From assembly GCA_028282585.1 (NCBI GenBank), contig JANQHR010000002.1, positions 1 through 40,412 of the forward strand: a stretch of DNA of 40,412 nt, in the 5' to 3' direction. The notes under the pieces are model-generated. The model was not told the origin of the DNA, did no database searches, and saw only the letters and a list, made by a program, of their open reading frames with translations. Below, one piece after another: positions 28,740 through 38,611 of the stretch (within the stretch, counting starts at the first letter, position 1; each line of letters begins with the position of its first letter). The stretch comes from Bacteroidales bacterium. GTDB lineage: Bacteria; Bacteroidota; Bacteroidia; Bacteroidales; UBA12077. The position numbers were made by a program, and so were the translations under genes.

Positions 28740-29813
28740 ATGAATTTACAAGATTTAGGATACAAACAGGAATTTGAAAACTACCGAAATGAAAATGGTT
28801 TAGATTCATTTATGGTAGGACGTGTGATTTTAGAACACAAGGAAAGATATGTTGTAAAAACAGCAGAAAAAGAATATGAGGCTGAAATAATAGGTAACTT
28901 AAGGTTTACCGCAAAATCGCGAGAAGATTTTCCTGCAGTAGGAGATTGGGTTGCTGTTTCAGAGTACGATGAGGATAAAGTGCTGATACATGTCATTTAT
29001 CCGAGGAAAACAATTATTGAAAGGCAGGCTGTAGGGAAGTTTGGCGAAAAACAAATTATTGCTACCAATATCGATTCTGCTTTTATTGTTCAGGCTGCCG
29101 ATAGAGATTTTAATATCAATCGTATTGAACGGTATGTGGCAATTTGTAATAATTCAAAGGTAAATACGATCATAATCTTAAATAAGGTTGATCTAATTGA
29201 TGAAGATCAACTAACTGAAATGATAAAAGCTTGTCAGAGTAGGATTGCATACGTACCAATTATTGCAATAAGCAATGAAACCAGGCATGGTTACCAATCT
29301 TTAATGAAGCATTTTGAAAAAGGAAAAACTTATTGTTTGTTAGGTTCGTCAGGTGTTGGTAAATCTACTTTAATGAATAATATTTTAGGTAGCGATCAAA
29401 TGAAAACCAATGCTATTAGCCAAAGTAGTAATAAGGGCCGACATGTTACAAGCCATCGCGAGTTGGTTGTATTGGAACAGGGAGGAATATTAATTGATAA
29501 TCCGGGAATGCGTGAAGTTGGTATGGCCGATTCAAGCGAGGGGATAGAAAAGACTTTTGAGCAAATAGCCGAATTAGCAAAAAACTGTAAGTATGCGGAT
29601 TGTACTCATGTCCGTGAGCTAGGCTGCGCCGTTATAGAAGCTGTAAAAAATGGAGAGCTAGATAATGCGGCCTACGAAAATTACCTGAAGATGAAACGTG
29701 AGGAATCCTTTTTTGAGCTTACCCAGGAAGAGAAACGGAAAAAAGACAAGGATTTTGGTAAAATGGTTAAGAACGTAAAGAAGGATTTAAAAAAATTAAA
29801 AGGTAATAGATAA
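28740..29813 (+). CDS. rsgA: Ribosome small subunit-dependent GTPase A
   Basis: PAVGDWV; circularly permuted NKVD...GSSGVGKS...GRHVT...DNPG; Zn finger CKYADCTH....C. Confidence 0.93.
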   Translation: MNLQDLGYKQEFENYRNENGLDSFMVGRVILEHKERYVVKTAEKEYEAEIIGNLRFTAKSREDFPAVGDWVAVSEYDEDKVLIHVIYPRKTIIERQAVGKFGEKQIIATNIDSAFIVQAADRDFNINRIERYVAICNNSKVNTIIILNKVDLIDEDQLTEMIKACQSRIAYVPIIAISNETRHGYQSLMKHFEKGKTYCLLGSSGVGKSTLMNNILGSDQMKTNAISQSSNKGRHVTSHRELVVLEQGGILIDNPGMREVGMADSSEGIEKTFEQIAELAKNCKYADCTHVRELGCAVIEAVKNGELDNAAYENYLKMKREESFFELTQEEKRKKDKDFGKMVKNVKKDLKKLKGNR

Positions 29814-29880
29814 GAGGCCGTATAAAAGTTAACTTACCTTTTAAAAGGTGGTATTAAAATACTTTGTTTAGTGATAACAG

Positions 29881-29914
29881 AAAAGGCTGTCGAAAACTTT
29901 CGGACAGCCTTTTT
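29881..29914. terminator. Bidirectional terminator
   Basis: AAAAGGCTGTC...GACAGCCTTTTT between convergent genes. Confidence 0.8.
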
Positions 29915-29924
29915 ATAATAAAGC

Positions 29925-30248
29925 TTATTCTTCCGGTTCAAGTATAGTTTTTATTACTTTTCCTTCCTTATCAATGTGATAGGCATAATAAATATATCCT
30001 CCGGCAAATCCCACAGAAACCTCAGTTCCGTTCTCAAGTGTCCAAATATAGATATGTAAACCACTTCCTTCATCTCTGTTTGGTTTTCCAAAAAGATCAA
30101 CGAATTGATCATAATTCATATCTCTTACTAATGAATTAGCAAACATTTCATACGTTAGTTCTTTATCATTTGAATCATCAGAACATGAATAAGATATTGC
30201 AAGAGTTCCTAATAAGAATAAGAAACAAACAATTTTTATAGTTTTCAT
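29925..30248 (-). CDS. Small lipoprotein
   Basis: Signal peptide ending SYSC, then SDDSND; FGKP...GSG..IY.W. Confidence 0.75.
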   Translation of the reverse strand: MKTIKIVCFLFLLGTLAISYSCSDDSNDKELTYEMFANSLVRDMNYDQFVDLFGKPNRDEGSGLHIYIWTLENGTEVSVGFAGGYIYYAYHIDKEGKVIKTILEPEE

Positions 30249-30470
30249 AGTAGTAATGCTAGTTTTATAGCAGATGGATTAAACCTAATTTTAGTTGCTT
30301 ATAAGTTGAAAATTTCTACTAAATGCCTGACTAAATCTATGAACACCTTTTGGCGATGATTATTTGATCGGTTTCATGCTGAAAACAACTCTTAAAATAT
30401 TTATTCTCCTTAGTAACTGCTATAATAAGATAATTGCAGTTAGTGACCTAATAAGTAAATATAATTTTTG

Positions 30471-30767
30471 CTACCAGGTTTTTACTTTGTTATAAAAACT
30501 AACATGAACACTTTCCGGTATAAGGAGCTGCATTAAGCGCTCAAAAGCCGGATTTTTTCTTAACTTTTCTCCGTTTACTTTTACCTTTTCGAGGCTTTCG
30601 TAATGGTAAATAAAGTACCATCCGTTTTCTTCAACAGACTTAACTAATTCGCAATCGATATAACCGTCTTGCTGTTTCTGAAAATCCATTAATAATTCTG
30701 CTTTTGAAATTAACTGATCTTCGGTTGTTGTTTCCAACGCTTTAAATTTTACTAATTCTGTAATCAT
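30471..30767 (-). CDS. ABM-like dimeric alpha+beta barrel protein
   Basis: ELVKF...QQDGYID.ELV pattern; operonic with MarR and RidA. Confidence 0.65.
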   Translation of the reverse strand: MITELVKFKALETTTEDQLISKAELLMDFQKQQDGYIDCELVKSVEENGWYFIYHYESLEKVKVNGEKLRKNPAFERLMQLLIPESVHVSFYNKVKTW

Positions 30768-30782
30768 TTTAATTTTTTTTAT

Positions 30783-31286
30783 TTAATCTACTACAGTGGC
30801 TTCTATCTCAATAACACAATCAGGATGAAATAGTGCATTTACTCCAATTAGAGATGTTGCGGGCTTACAACCGGATTTTTGTAAACAGTTTGCAAGTACT
30901 TGCGCGGCATTTGTAAAACTTTCTATATCGGTAGTATAATAGGTAAACCGAACCACATTGGAAAGTTCATAGTTGGCTTGCTTAATCAATACTTCCATAT
31001 TATGAAAGATTTGTTCTATTTGTTTTTCCATATTGTTAGGATACAGTAGATTTCCATCATCATCGACAGATACTATTCCAGCCGTATATAAAGTACGGTT
31101 TACGTTAGTAACTTCGTTGGCCTGAACAAATCCAAATTTATCTTGCCAGGTCCATGGATTAATAATTTTTTTATTCATGGTTTTTATTTCCTCTATTTGA
31201 TTTGTTGAATACTTATTTTCACAATTAATCAAGCTCAGCAATAGAGTAAATGTTATTGCTTTGCTTAAAGTATTTTTTAGTTTCAT
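30783..31286 (-). CDS. RidA/YjgF family protein
   Basis: LYTAG, SNVV, PATSLIGV.AL..P...IEIEA; alternative start 31178. Confidence 0.88.
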   Translation of the reverse strand: MKLKNTLSKAITFTLLLSLINCENKYSTNQIEEIKTMNKKIINPWTWQDKFGFVQANEVTNVNRTLYTAGIVSVDDDGNLLYPNNMEKQIEQIFHNMEVLIKQANYELSNVVRFTYYTTDIESFTNAAQVLANCLQKSGCKPATSLIGVNALFHPDCVIEIEATVVD

Positions 31287-31290
31287 AGTA

Positions 31291-31731
31291 TTATTCGGTT
31301 TTTTCTTTGAATACGGCCTGGAGTTTAGTTAAATTATTCAGAATGGACTCATACAGGCTTTCATTTATCTCACTAATCCAGATTTTGTTCCAGTCTTTAA
31401 ACATTTTCTGGCATTCGCCTAAAACTTTTTCACCTTTCTGAGTTAAAGTTAACCAGGCAGATCGTTTATCATCTTCTGATTCGGTAAGGCTTATTAGGTA
31501 CATATTTTGTAGTTTTTTAATAACCTTTGAAACGTGGGCCCTTTCCAGTGCAAGGCGGTTAACCATATCTTTTTGCTTTACTTTCCCTGCTTTACCGATT
31601 TCGAAAAAAATAGAGAATTGTTGCTGGTTAAGCCCGAAAGGTAATAGCATTCTATTTCCTTTACGTTCAAGCATTCCGCCTATGTTTAGTAGTTTCCCAA
31701 TAATGATTGGGGCTAATTCTGATTTATCCAT
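31291..31731 (-). CDS. MarR family regulator
   Basis: GLNQQQF, EDDKRS..LTLTQKG; start set to MDKSEL because the longer ORF crosses the promoter. Confidence 0.92.
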   Translation of the reverse strand: MDKSELAPIIIGKLLNIGGMLERKGNRMLLPFGLNQQQFSIFFEIGKAGKVKQKDMVNRLALERAHVSKVIKKLQNMYLISLTESEDDKRSAWLTLTQKGEKVLGECQKMFKDWNKIWISEINESLYESILNNLTKLQAVFKEKTE

Positions 31732-31744
31732 GTTTAGATCTTGA

Positions 31745-31794
31745 TTGTTTCCGCGGCAACAAATATACAATAAAAATTGTTTCCTTGGCAACAA
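31745..31794 (-). promoter_or_regulatory. Tandem MarR operators around the -7 box
   Basis: TTGTTTCCnnGGCAACAA at 31745-62 and 31777-94; TATATTTG at 31760-67 (-). Confidence 0.8.
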
Positions 31795-31817
31795 AACAAC
31801 ATTTTTTTCAAATTCCT

Positions 31818-31976
31818 GGAGTTGTCCAAAAAGTTTTGGTGTTCTTTGTTCCTGCTTTGTGAAACTGAGATATAATTATAAAAGGCTGTTAAACAGACAA
31901 CCACAAAGACAACACAACGTTACTCAAAGTAGAAAATACGAACAAAATTCAGCTATTGTACTTTTGGGACAATCCC
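31818..31976. repeat. MITE/REP-like element
   Basis: 17-bp imperfect terminal inverted repeats GGAGTTGTCCAAAAAGT / ACTTTTGGGACAATCCC; inner TGTTCTTTGT...ACAAAGACAACA. Confidence 0.55.
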
Positions 31977-32066
31977 TCTTATATTCCCCTTCGTAGTGGT
32001 AAAATTTATCCTTTAACGGGAGAACCGAGTAAATTAAGTTAGTAAAACAGTCGGTTTTAATACTTT

Positions 32067-33653
32067 TTAAAGCATCATAGTTTTTTGTATTTGTATTTGT
32101 TCAAGAAAATAATCATCGTGAGACACTACAATTAATGTTCCTTCATATTCATTTATGGCTGCTGTTAAAATATCCATATTTTGAATATCTAAATTGTTTG
32201 TAGGTTCATCCAGGATTATTAAATCAGGTGCAAAGCTATAAATCGTAAGGCAACATAATATTAACCGCATTCTTTCACCTCCACTTAGTGCATTGCATGG
32301 TTTGTTCCATTCTTCTTTAGGAAATAAAAAACGGTTTAGCCTTATTTTTACCTCATGTTCCTGTAATGCATTAGTATTAAATAGTTCGGCTTGCTCATAA
32401 ACGTTTAATTTATCATTAATCAAAGAATAATCCTGATCGATATAAACAGAATTGTTTATTGCACTGAAGAGTGAGCCGGTTTTTGGTTCAATGTCTCCTA
32501 ATATAAGTTTTATTAAAGTTGTTTTACCCGAACCGTTTAATCCTTGCAAGCGAATACGTTCACCACTTAATACCTGGAAACTTAAATTTTCTTTCCAAAT
32601 AAATTGCGATTCATAATTAAAATTAATATTTGCCGCCTTAATTAATATTTTACCTTTATGTAATGCCGAATTGTTGAAACCGAATTTCATTTTATCAATA
32701 TCTGGCAAGGTAGAACGCAACAAAGTTAGCTCTTGCGAAATGCCGTTGATCTTTTCAGCATGTATACCTTTTGTTCTTGAAGAACTCTTTTCAGAATCAT
32801 TCTTCATTTTATTCATCATGGTTTTGGGCATTCCTGATTTTATTTGTTTTTTTCTCCCCCTGGCATCTAGTTTGTTTTTTCTTTCCAGAGTTTCACGTTC
32901 TTTTTCACGGGCTTTTTTTAATGTTTTTTCTTTAGTATGTATCGTGTGGTTTAAAGCGTTATTTTCTATTTGTTTTAGTTCGGCATAAAAATCATAATCG
33001 CCGCCATAGCTTGTTATTCCATGTTTACTTAGCTCACACATTGTATCCAAAAGATTTAGTAATTTTCTGTCGTGGCTTACAATAATCATTGTGCTGGAAT
33101 TTGATTGAATAAAATCATAGAGTAATTGCCTTCCAGCCGTATCTAAATGATTACTTGGTTCGTCAAGTAAAATAATTTTGGGTTGGTGTATAAAAATACC
33201 GGCAAGAAAAACTTTTGTTTTTTGTCCTCCGCTAAGTTCAGTGAATTTTTGGTTTATATCCAACTTATTTAATTGCCAATATTTCAATGCTTCATAGCAG
33301 CGCTCTTCTAAATCCCAATCATCATTGAGTAAAGATAAATTTTCTTCTGTAGGCTTACCGTTAAGAATTTCTCTCAACGCTTTAAATTTATCTTCAATAT
33401 GTAATGCTTGAGCGACAGTCAGATGGTTGTATTGACCGAAAATTTGGGGCAGATAATAAGCTTGAGAGCCCAGGCTTAATTTTCCACCGGAATAACTAAG
33501 GTTGCCGGCAATTATTTTTAACAAAGTTGATTTACCAGTACCATTATTTCCTATAAGCGCAATTTTTTCATGCTTGTTAACAGTAAGGTTGATGTTATCA
33601 AACAATAATTCTTTATTGGGATGTATATATGAGATATTTTGAAGAAAAACCAT
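32067..33653 (-). CDS. ABC-F ATPase, ribosomal-protection-like
   Basis: Two ABC domains (GNNGTGKS/LSGGQ/LDEPSN; GLNGSGKT/LSGGE/LDEPTN), long basic linker, no TM segments. Confidence 0.92.
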   Translation of the reverse strand: MVFLQNISYIHPNKELLFDNINLTVNKHEKIALIGNNGTGKSTLLKIIAGNLSYSGGKLSLGSQAYYLPQIFGQYNHLTVAQALHIEDKFKALREILNGKPTEENLSLLNDDWDLEERCYEALKYWQLNKLDINQKFTELSGGQKTKVFLAGIFIHQPKIILLDEPSNHLDTAGRQLLYDFIQSNSSTMIIVSHDRKLLNLLDTMCELSKHGITSYGGDYDFYAELKQIENNALNHTIHTKEKTLKKAREKERETLERKNKLDARGRKKQIKSGMPKTMMNKMKNDSEKSSSRTKGIHAEKINGISQELTLLRSTLPDIDKMKFGFNNSALHKGKILIKAANINFNYESQFIWKENLSFQVLSGERIRLQGLNGSGKTTLIKLILGDIEPKTGSLFSAINNSVYIDQDYSLINDKLNVYEQAELFNTNALQEHEVKIRLNRFLFPKEEWNKPCNALSGGERMRLILCCLTIYSFAPDLIILDEPTNNLDIQNMDILTAAINEYEGTLIVVSHDDYFLEQIQIQKTMML

Positions 33654-33756
33654 AATTTCTTTTGTTTTGGTTAAATAAACTATTGGTACACTATAAGTAG
33701 TGCACTTTACATAACTATTTAAAAGAAATTATAATTTCATATTTTTTTATCTCCTT
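33651..33756 (-). promoter_or_regulatory. Translational attenuator with uORF MKL* (33729-33740)
   Basis: AAGGAG 10 nt before ATG AAA TTA TAA; 33722-33733 pairs with 33651-33662, which includes the ABC-F start codon. Confidence 0.7.
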
Positions 33757-33963
33757 TTGTTAATGAAATTGAGGTAAACAGATTACCCGTAAAAGTTTTT
33801 CAAATATAATATTTTAGAACCAAACTATCAATTCCTGGAAAGGTTGACTTTAATGTTCATTTATTTTCATTTTTCCCGGGTCCCTATAAAAGAGAATAGA
33901 AGAATAAAGATATGGGCTATGGATGAATGATCTTAAAACAAGCGTCGAGAATACTTAAAGCTA

Positions 33964-34662
33964 TTAACTTATAATATGCAATAGTTCTGTTGGTGAATCT
34001 ATTTTGTAATCCGGTTGATGTGTCCAGGAACTGGTATTTGCTCCACTGTATTTTACAACAACGGATATAACCTTATTAGTATGATCTAATTCGGATTCGA
34101 TATTTCTGGCAAATTGTACATCACCTTCATGATCGCCAACATAAAAGATTGTTTTATTTCGAATTTCTCCAAAGATTTTTCCCAGGCAAATTATTCCACT
34201 AACGGGAGAAGGTTTTTGTGCATTTTCAGGTATGTCATCATAACCAATTATTGCTTTAAACTTTTCTATTAAGCTATTCTTTTCTAAAACCAGCTTAATA
34301 TTCCTGGCGGAGTTTTGTGAACAGATGCCTTGCGGGCAGTTAAGCCGAATAACCGTATCCTTAATTTTAGGAAATAATTCAACCGGTGTAGTATTCTTCA
34401 ATTGAAATTCGGTCCATAGCTTACCGGCAGCATTGGTTTCATATTCGGATAATCCGTAAAAATTTTTATAAAGGTCCTGCCAGTTTTTAGCTGCATGATT
34501 TGCGTAATGGTATTCCGTTTCGTTTTGCAAATATTTTGGCACATCATTTCCGGACAATCTTGGAGCAACCTTTGCCAGTATTTGTTTGGTTATTTCTATG
34601 TTTTTGGGAACGGAATTAACCAATGTTCCATCATAATCCCAGAGTACAGCATCAACTTTCAT
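33964..34662 (-). CDS. HAD-family hydrolase (phosphoglycolate phosphatase-like)
   Basis: WDYDGTLVNS, KPSP, YVGD..GD. Confidence 0.9.
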   Translation of the reverse strand: MKVDAVLWDYDGTLVNSVPKNIEITKQILAKVAPRLSGNDVPKYLQNETEYHYANHAAKNWQDLYKNFYGLSEYETNAAGKLWTEFQLKNTTPVELFPKIKDTVIRLNCPQGICSQNSARNIKLVLEKNSLIEKFKAIIGYDDIPENAQKPSPVSGIICLGKIFGEIRNKTIFYVGDHEGDVQFARNIESELDHTNKVISVVVKYSGANTSSWTHQPDYKIDSPTELLHIIS

Positions 34663-34857
34663 TTGTAATTACAATTTATTCGGAACTTAAAGTTAACATT
34701 TAGAATTTTAAGTATGGATTAGATTTTTTAAAAATGCACAATCCTACTTAAGCAGGATAGGAGATTAAAAAAGATTTTTTCATTTATAGAAATGATAAAC
34801 GAAAAAATGGTTCAAATTTGTCCTTTAAGGAGAATAACAGACTTAAAAAATTAAAAT

Positions 34858-35445
34858 TTATAATAAATCGTACTCCATTCTTTTTGCGGTTTCATTAACA
34901 GCTTTTTTTCCAAACAGCCTTTCAATTATATGAAATGACATGTTTATTCCTGCAGAAATGCCTCCCGCAGTAATAATCTTTCCTTCATCTACAAATTTTA
35001 CTCCCTCAATTACGGTTATTTTAGGGTATTCGTTTTCGAGCCTGTCTAGGTCCATCCAATGGGTTGTGGCCTTTAGATTATCAAGAATTCCTGATTGTGC
35101 TAAAAGAAAAGCACCAGTACATACCGAAGCCAAAATATCAACTTTGTTTTGCTGGGCCTTTATCCAATCAAGGATTATGTCATTGTTTATTTCAATATGT
35201 TCAGCCCCGTAACCGCCTGGTATTATTAAAACATCAAGTTTGGGGTGGTTTTGAATTGTATACTCAGGTATAACTTTAAGTCCGTTTCTTGCACTAATTG
35301 TCTTGTCAGATTCTCCTATGGTAAAGGCATTAAACAGTTTTGTATCATTTTCGGTTGCAACTGAAAATACCTCAAAAGGTCCTGCAAAATCTAAAACCTC
35401 TGCTTCATTAAACAGAAGGATCCCAACTTGTATTTTTTCTTTCAT
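34858..35445 (-). CDS. DJ-1/PfpI family protein
   Basis: EVLDFAGPFEVF, IPGG, SVCTGA, ATTHW. Confidence 0.92.
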   Translation of the reverse strand: MKEKIQVGILLFNEAEVLDFAGPFEVFSVATENDTKLFNAFTIGESDKTISARNGLKVIPEYTIQNHPKLDVLIIPGGYGAEHIEINNDIILDWIKAQQNKVDILASVCTGAFLLAQSGILDNLKATTHWMDLDRLENEYPKITVIEGVKFVDEGKIITAGGISAGINMSFHIIERLFGKKAVNETAKRMEYDLL

Positions 35446-35643
35446 TTGTTTCTATATTTTAGATAAATGGAATATCTCAACAATTTAAACTTTACATTTC
35501 CAAATATACACATAACATAAAATATACGAGTTGATAACTTGATGATTCTTAAGAAAAAAGATCCGATAAAAAATACCTGTTTGAAACAGGCTTAAGGTTT
35601 AGAATGTTTTAGTAATAAAAAACATAAACTGTACTAGCAGCTT

Positions 35644-35733
35644 TTGCACACGTTGCAAATTTATCTGCCGTTAGGCATGACCTGCGCTGGCGGGGTTTTA
35701 GATTATTCGACACAGACGAAGACGTCTATGTGT
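35644..35733. repeat. Cluster of GC-rich REP-like hairpins
   Basis: TTGCA...TGCAA, TGCCGTTAGGCA, ACACAGACG-AAGA-CGTCTATGT. Confidence 0.45.
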
Positions 35734-35744
35734 GGTGGTATTAT

Positions 35745-36941
35745 TTAATTAAAGATATGGCTATTGATAACTAATTTTAAAATAAGCAGAATAGTTATTA
35801 TTGCTATACCTAATATTTTATATAATAGTTCAAATTCTATTAAAAATATCCACATGCAGAATAACACGACAGGAATAGTCCATAATATTGTTTCCACTAT
35901 TTTTAAACGTGTCTTTTGTTTATCAAATTCCTTTTCTACTAATGAAAATTTACTAGATATTTTGTCAATATTATTTTCATTAAATGAACTTTTGTAAGAT
36001 CTAATATTTTCCCAAATAAAATTTAAAGTACTTTTTTGATTATTAAGAAATAATTGAATAAGAATGGAGAAAATAAATAGACCAATTATAGTTGCGATAT
36101 TTTTTAATGCCATTAAATTTTTGTAATCAAATGCAGCAAAAACAAAAATAAAAGCTGTTGGGATCGCTATTAATTTTGTCTGAGAGTCATTTATCACTGT
36201 TTGTATCTTTTGTGTAAATTCTAATGCTTTAGAATCTAGTTCAATTTTAAGTTTATTATAAGAGAAATTACTTAAATAATATTGATAAGCATTATTACAT
36301 TTTTCATAGAATTCAGTAAAATGTGATATCAAATATTCGAATTTGTTTTCTTCTATTTTACCCGATAGAAAGTCAATTAATTCATTTATAAAAAGTACGG
36401 TTTTTTTACTATTTTCTTCTTTTAAACATTCCGAAAAAGAATTAATTTTTTCCAATTCCTTGTCATTAATATTTAAAACCGTGGGTAAGTTATAAATAAA
36501 TGGAATAAATGAAGATTTATCCTCTCTAAAAACTATACTTTTATGAATGCCAGAATCATCATAAGAATGTTTAGAGACTTTCGTTATAGCTGATATTAAT
36601 TCTAAAATACATTTGTAATTATTGCTAAAATCACAGGATTCAGTACTAAAGAAATTCAATTCATTTATGTAGTATAGAATTTCAGGTTCACTATATTTAT
36701 TCTTAATAATAAAATCTTCACACTTGTCATAATAACCTACAGCATTTAATCTTTTTAAATTAAGCTCTAAATCTATCTTAGTCTCGATCTCTGTTGAGTA
36801 TAAATCGTTTTCTAGTATATTTTCTGTAACAAGAAATTCTATACAATCTTTTTCTAATATAATGTGGTCTTTACAAAAGATTGTTCCATCTTTTATAGAT
36901 GAATTAGAATTATTAATAAGTTCAACAATCTTTTTTAGCAT
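35745..36941 (-). CDS. Hypothetical protein with soluble N-terminus, helical linker and about four C-terminal TM helices
   Basis: 398 aa; hydrophobic segments LIAIPTAFIFVFAAF, IATIIGLFIFSILIQLFL, ILWTIPVVLFCMWIFLI, ILGIAIITILLILKLVI; ATG abuts the upstream TAG. Confidence 0.85.
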   Translation of the reverse strand: MLKKIVELINNSNSSIKDGTIFCKDHIILEKDCIEFLVTENILENDLYSTEIETKIDLELNLKRLNAVGYYDKCEDFIIKNKYSEPEILYYINELNFFSTESCDFSNNYKCILELISAITKVSKHSYDDSGIHKSIVFREDKSSFIPFIYNLPTVLNINDKELEKINSFSECLKEENSKKTVLFINELIDFLSGKIEENKFEYLISHFTEFYEKCNNAYQYYLSNFSYNKLKIELDSKALEFTQKIQTVINDSQTKLIAIPTAFIFVFAAFDYKNLMALKNIATIIGLFIFSILIQLFLNNQKSTLNFIWENIRSYKSSFNENNIDKISSKFSLVEKEFDKQKTRLKIVETILWTIPVVLFCMWIFLIEFELLYKILGIAIITILLILKLVINSHIFN

Positions 36942-37979
36942 CTATTTAGGTATTTGCTTAACCAAATCTTCAGGCAGATTTGTTATGGTTAATTCTTTTT
37001 TTTGAGGGTCAAAAAATACATTTTCATCTAACAAATTACAATCGAATTCAATTGTCATTTTTTTATCCTTATAAGTAACATATTTTAGAGGTTTCATTTT
37101 AGTTTTATCTCCACTTATTATTTCACTAACACCAAATTCTTCAGTGGATGCAAAAATTTTAAATTCTTCAGGATTTTCTGGATCTAAAATAGCAGAAATT
37201 GTTGATAACTGTATTTCTTTTTTTTGATTTATACAATCTTCACAATATTGAAAAACTTCATTCCTTTTTCTAATTTTTAGTTCTCGTTCAAATTTTTTCT
37301 GAGCACTAAAAGCTTCTAAAGCGATTGTTAACCTTCTTGTAGATTCCGAGCTAGTGGTTTTATTATCGCAATCTATAAATGACATAAAGTAAAAGCTTAC
37401 ATCTTTGTTACCTCTTACAAAAGATAAATATGTTTTACTTTCTTTATCTATTTCTGATTCAATGTTACTCCATTTAGAAAGATTTATCATGGAGGCAACA
37501 TCAATTTTATTTAATTCCAGGTTTTTAATATCTTTTATAGTTAAATCATCGCTAACAACGTATCCATCTTTATTATTTATAGTAAGTACTAATAAATAAT
37601 CATTTCCATTATCAGTATTATAAAAATGTGCAAAAATCAAAAAACCACCTGTAGCGGGAACAGTTTTTTCTAAGATTGTTTTATAGTGATTAACTGCATC
37701 AATAGAAAATTTATAGAAATCTCCATCATTTAAATATTTTTCCAAAAAGTTCTTAAATTTCGGATCTTCATTTCCGAATATCCCATAGATAGGACTTGAT
37801 TTTTTATAATATGCATTGTTAACTTTTCCAATAAATAATTTCTCTTTTTCATTAATTTTAATAGCGTGCTTCGCAAGCTTCAATACAGTTTTTCTATCTC
37901 CAGCATTTTTGTTAACTTGGTGTATGATAAATCCTTTTAAGTTTAGATAACTTCCAATTTTTCTAAATTCTTTAGCCAT
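36942..37979 (-). CDS. Nucleoid-associated protein, NA37/YejK(NdpA)-like
   Basis: IIHQVNK, YGIF, ATGGFLIF, ID.ASMINLS.W, YLSFVRG..VS.YF..FIDC; 345 aa fits the family. Confidence 0.85.
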   Translation of the reverse strand: MAKEFRKIGSYLNLKGFIIHQVNKNAGDRKTVLKLAKHAIKINEKEKLFIGKVNNAYYKKSSPIYGIFGNEDPKFKNFLEKYLNDGDFYKFSIDAVNHYKTILEKTVPATGGFLIFAHFYNTDNGNDYLLVLTINNKDGYVVSDDLTIKDIKNLELNKIDVASMINLSKWSNIESEIDKESKTYLSFVRGNKDVSFYFMSFIDCDNKTTSSESTRRLTIALEAFSAQKKFERELKIRKRNEVFQYCEDCINQKKEIQLSTISAILDPENPEEFKIFASTEEFGVSEIISGDKTKMKPLKYVTYKDKKMTIEFDCNLLDENVFFDPQKKELTITNLPEDLVKQIPK

Positions 37980-38297
37980 ATTTTATAATTATTGGTTAAA
38001 ACTTGTAAATATTTATAAGCTCCTTTTCGAAGCCCAAATATAACGTTCAAACCTGCCTGCGGCATGTAAACCCGGTTTAGGAATACGGGTGTAAAGTGTT
38101 CTTGTCCGTCGTTGTCTTTGGCAGACAAACTATTGTGAAATTAAAAACAATATTTTAAATATACAAGTGTTTGGTATCCAATAATAAAGACCTTGTTGTC
38201 TGGCTTTAAATTATTTCTTTTAACTAAAGGCTTTTTCCTTTTGGATTTGCCATTAGTTTTGTGGTTAAGGAAGTTTGGTGAGTATAGTTTATTATTC

Positions 38298-38585
38298 TTT
38301 CTTTTTGTCTGCCGCACAAAAAGAAGCAAAAAGGCCACCGCCAATGAGAAATTGGCTAAAACCTACATCGAATTTGATTTCGTGCGCAGCCCAATTCGTT
38401 TTGATGAAATTGCTTAATTCTTAGTAATCTTTGATCTTCAAAACTGAGGGCTGCTGTAGTACCACCGTTCACAAATCCTCCTTGGTTTTTACGCAAATTT
38501 CTCAGATGCGGATCAAAACCGTGCATTCTCAATTTTCCGGGTCTGGATCTTTTTTGTTATTTTTTTGTATCAAGGCAAAAAAGTA
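38298..38585. repeat. MITE-like element, about 290 bp
   Basis: Imperfect ~40-bp inverted ends, each palindromic: CTTTTTGTCTGCCGCACAAAAAGAAGCAAAAAGGCC and GGATCTTTTTTGTTATTTTTTTGTATCAAGGCAAAAAAGT. Confidence 0.55.
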
Positions 38586-38611
38586 TGTTTGGAAAAAATC
38601 AATAAAAAACA

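Noticed and set aside
35538-35553. Crp-like box CTTGATGATTCTTAAG upstream of DJ-1/PfpI
   Set aside because: One half-site is altered and the -7 box is 29 nt away, so it was not counted
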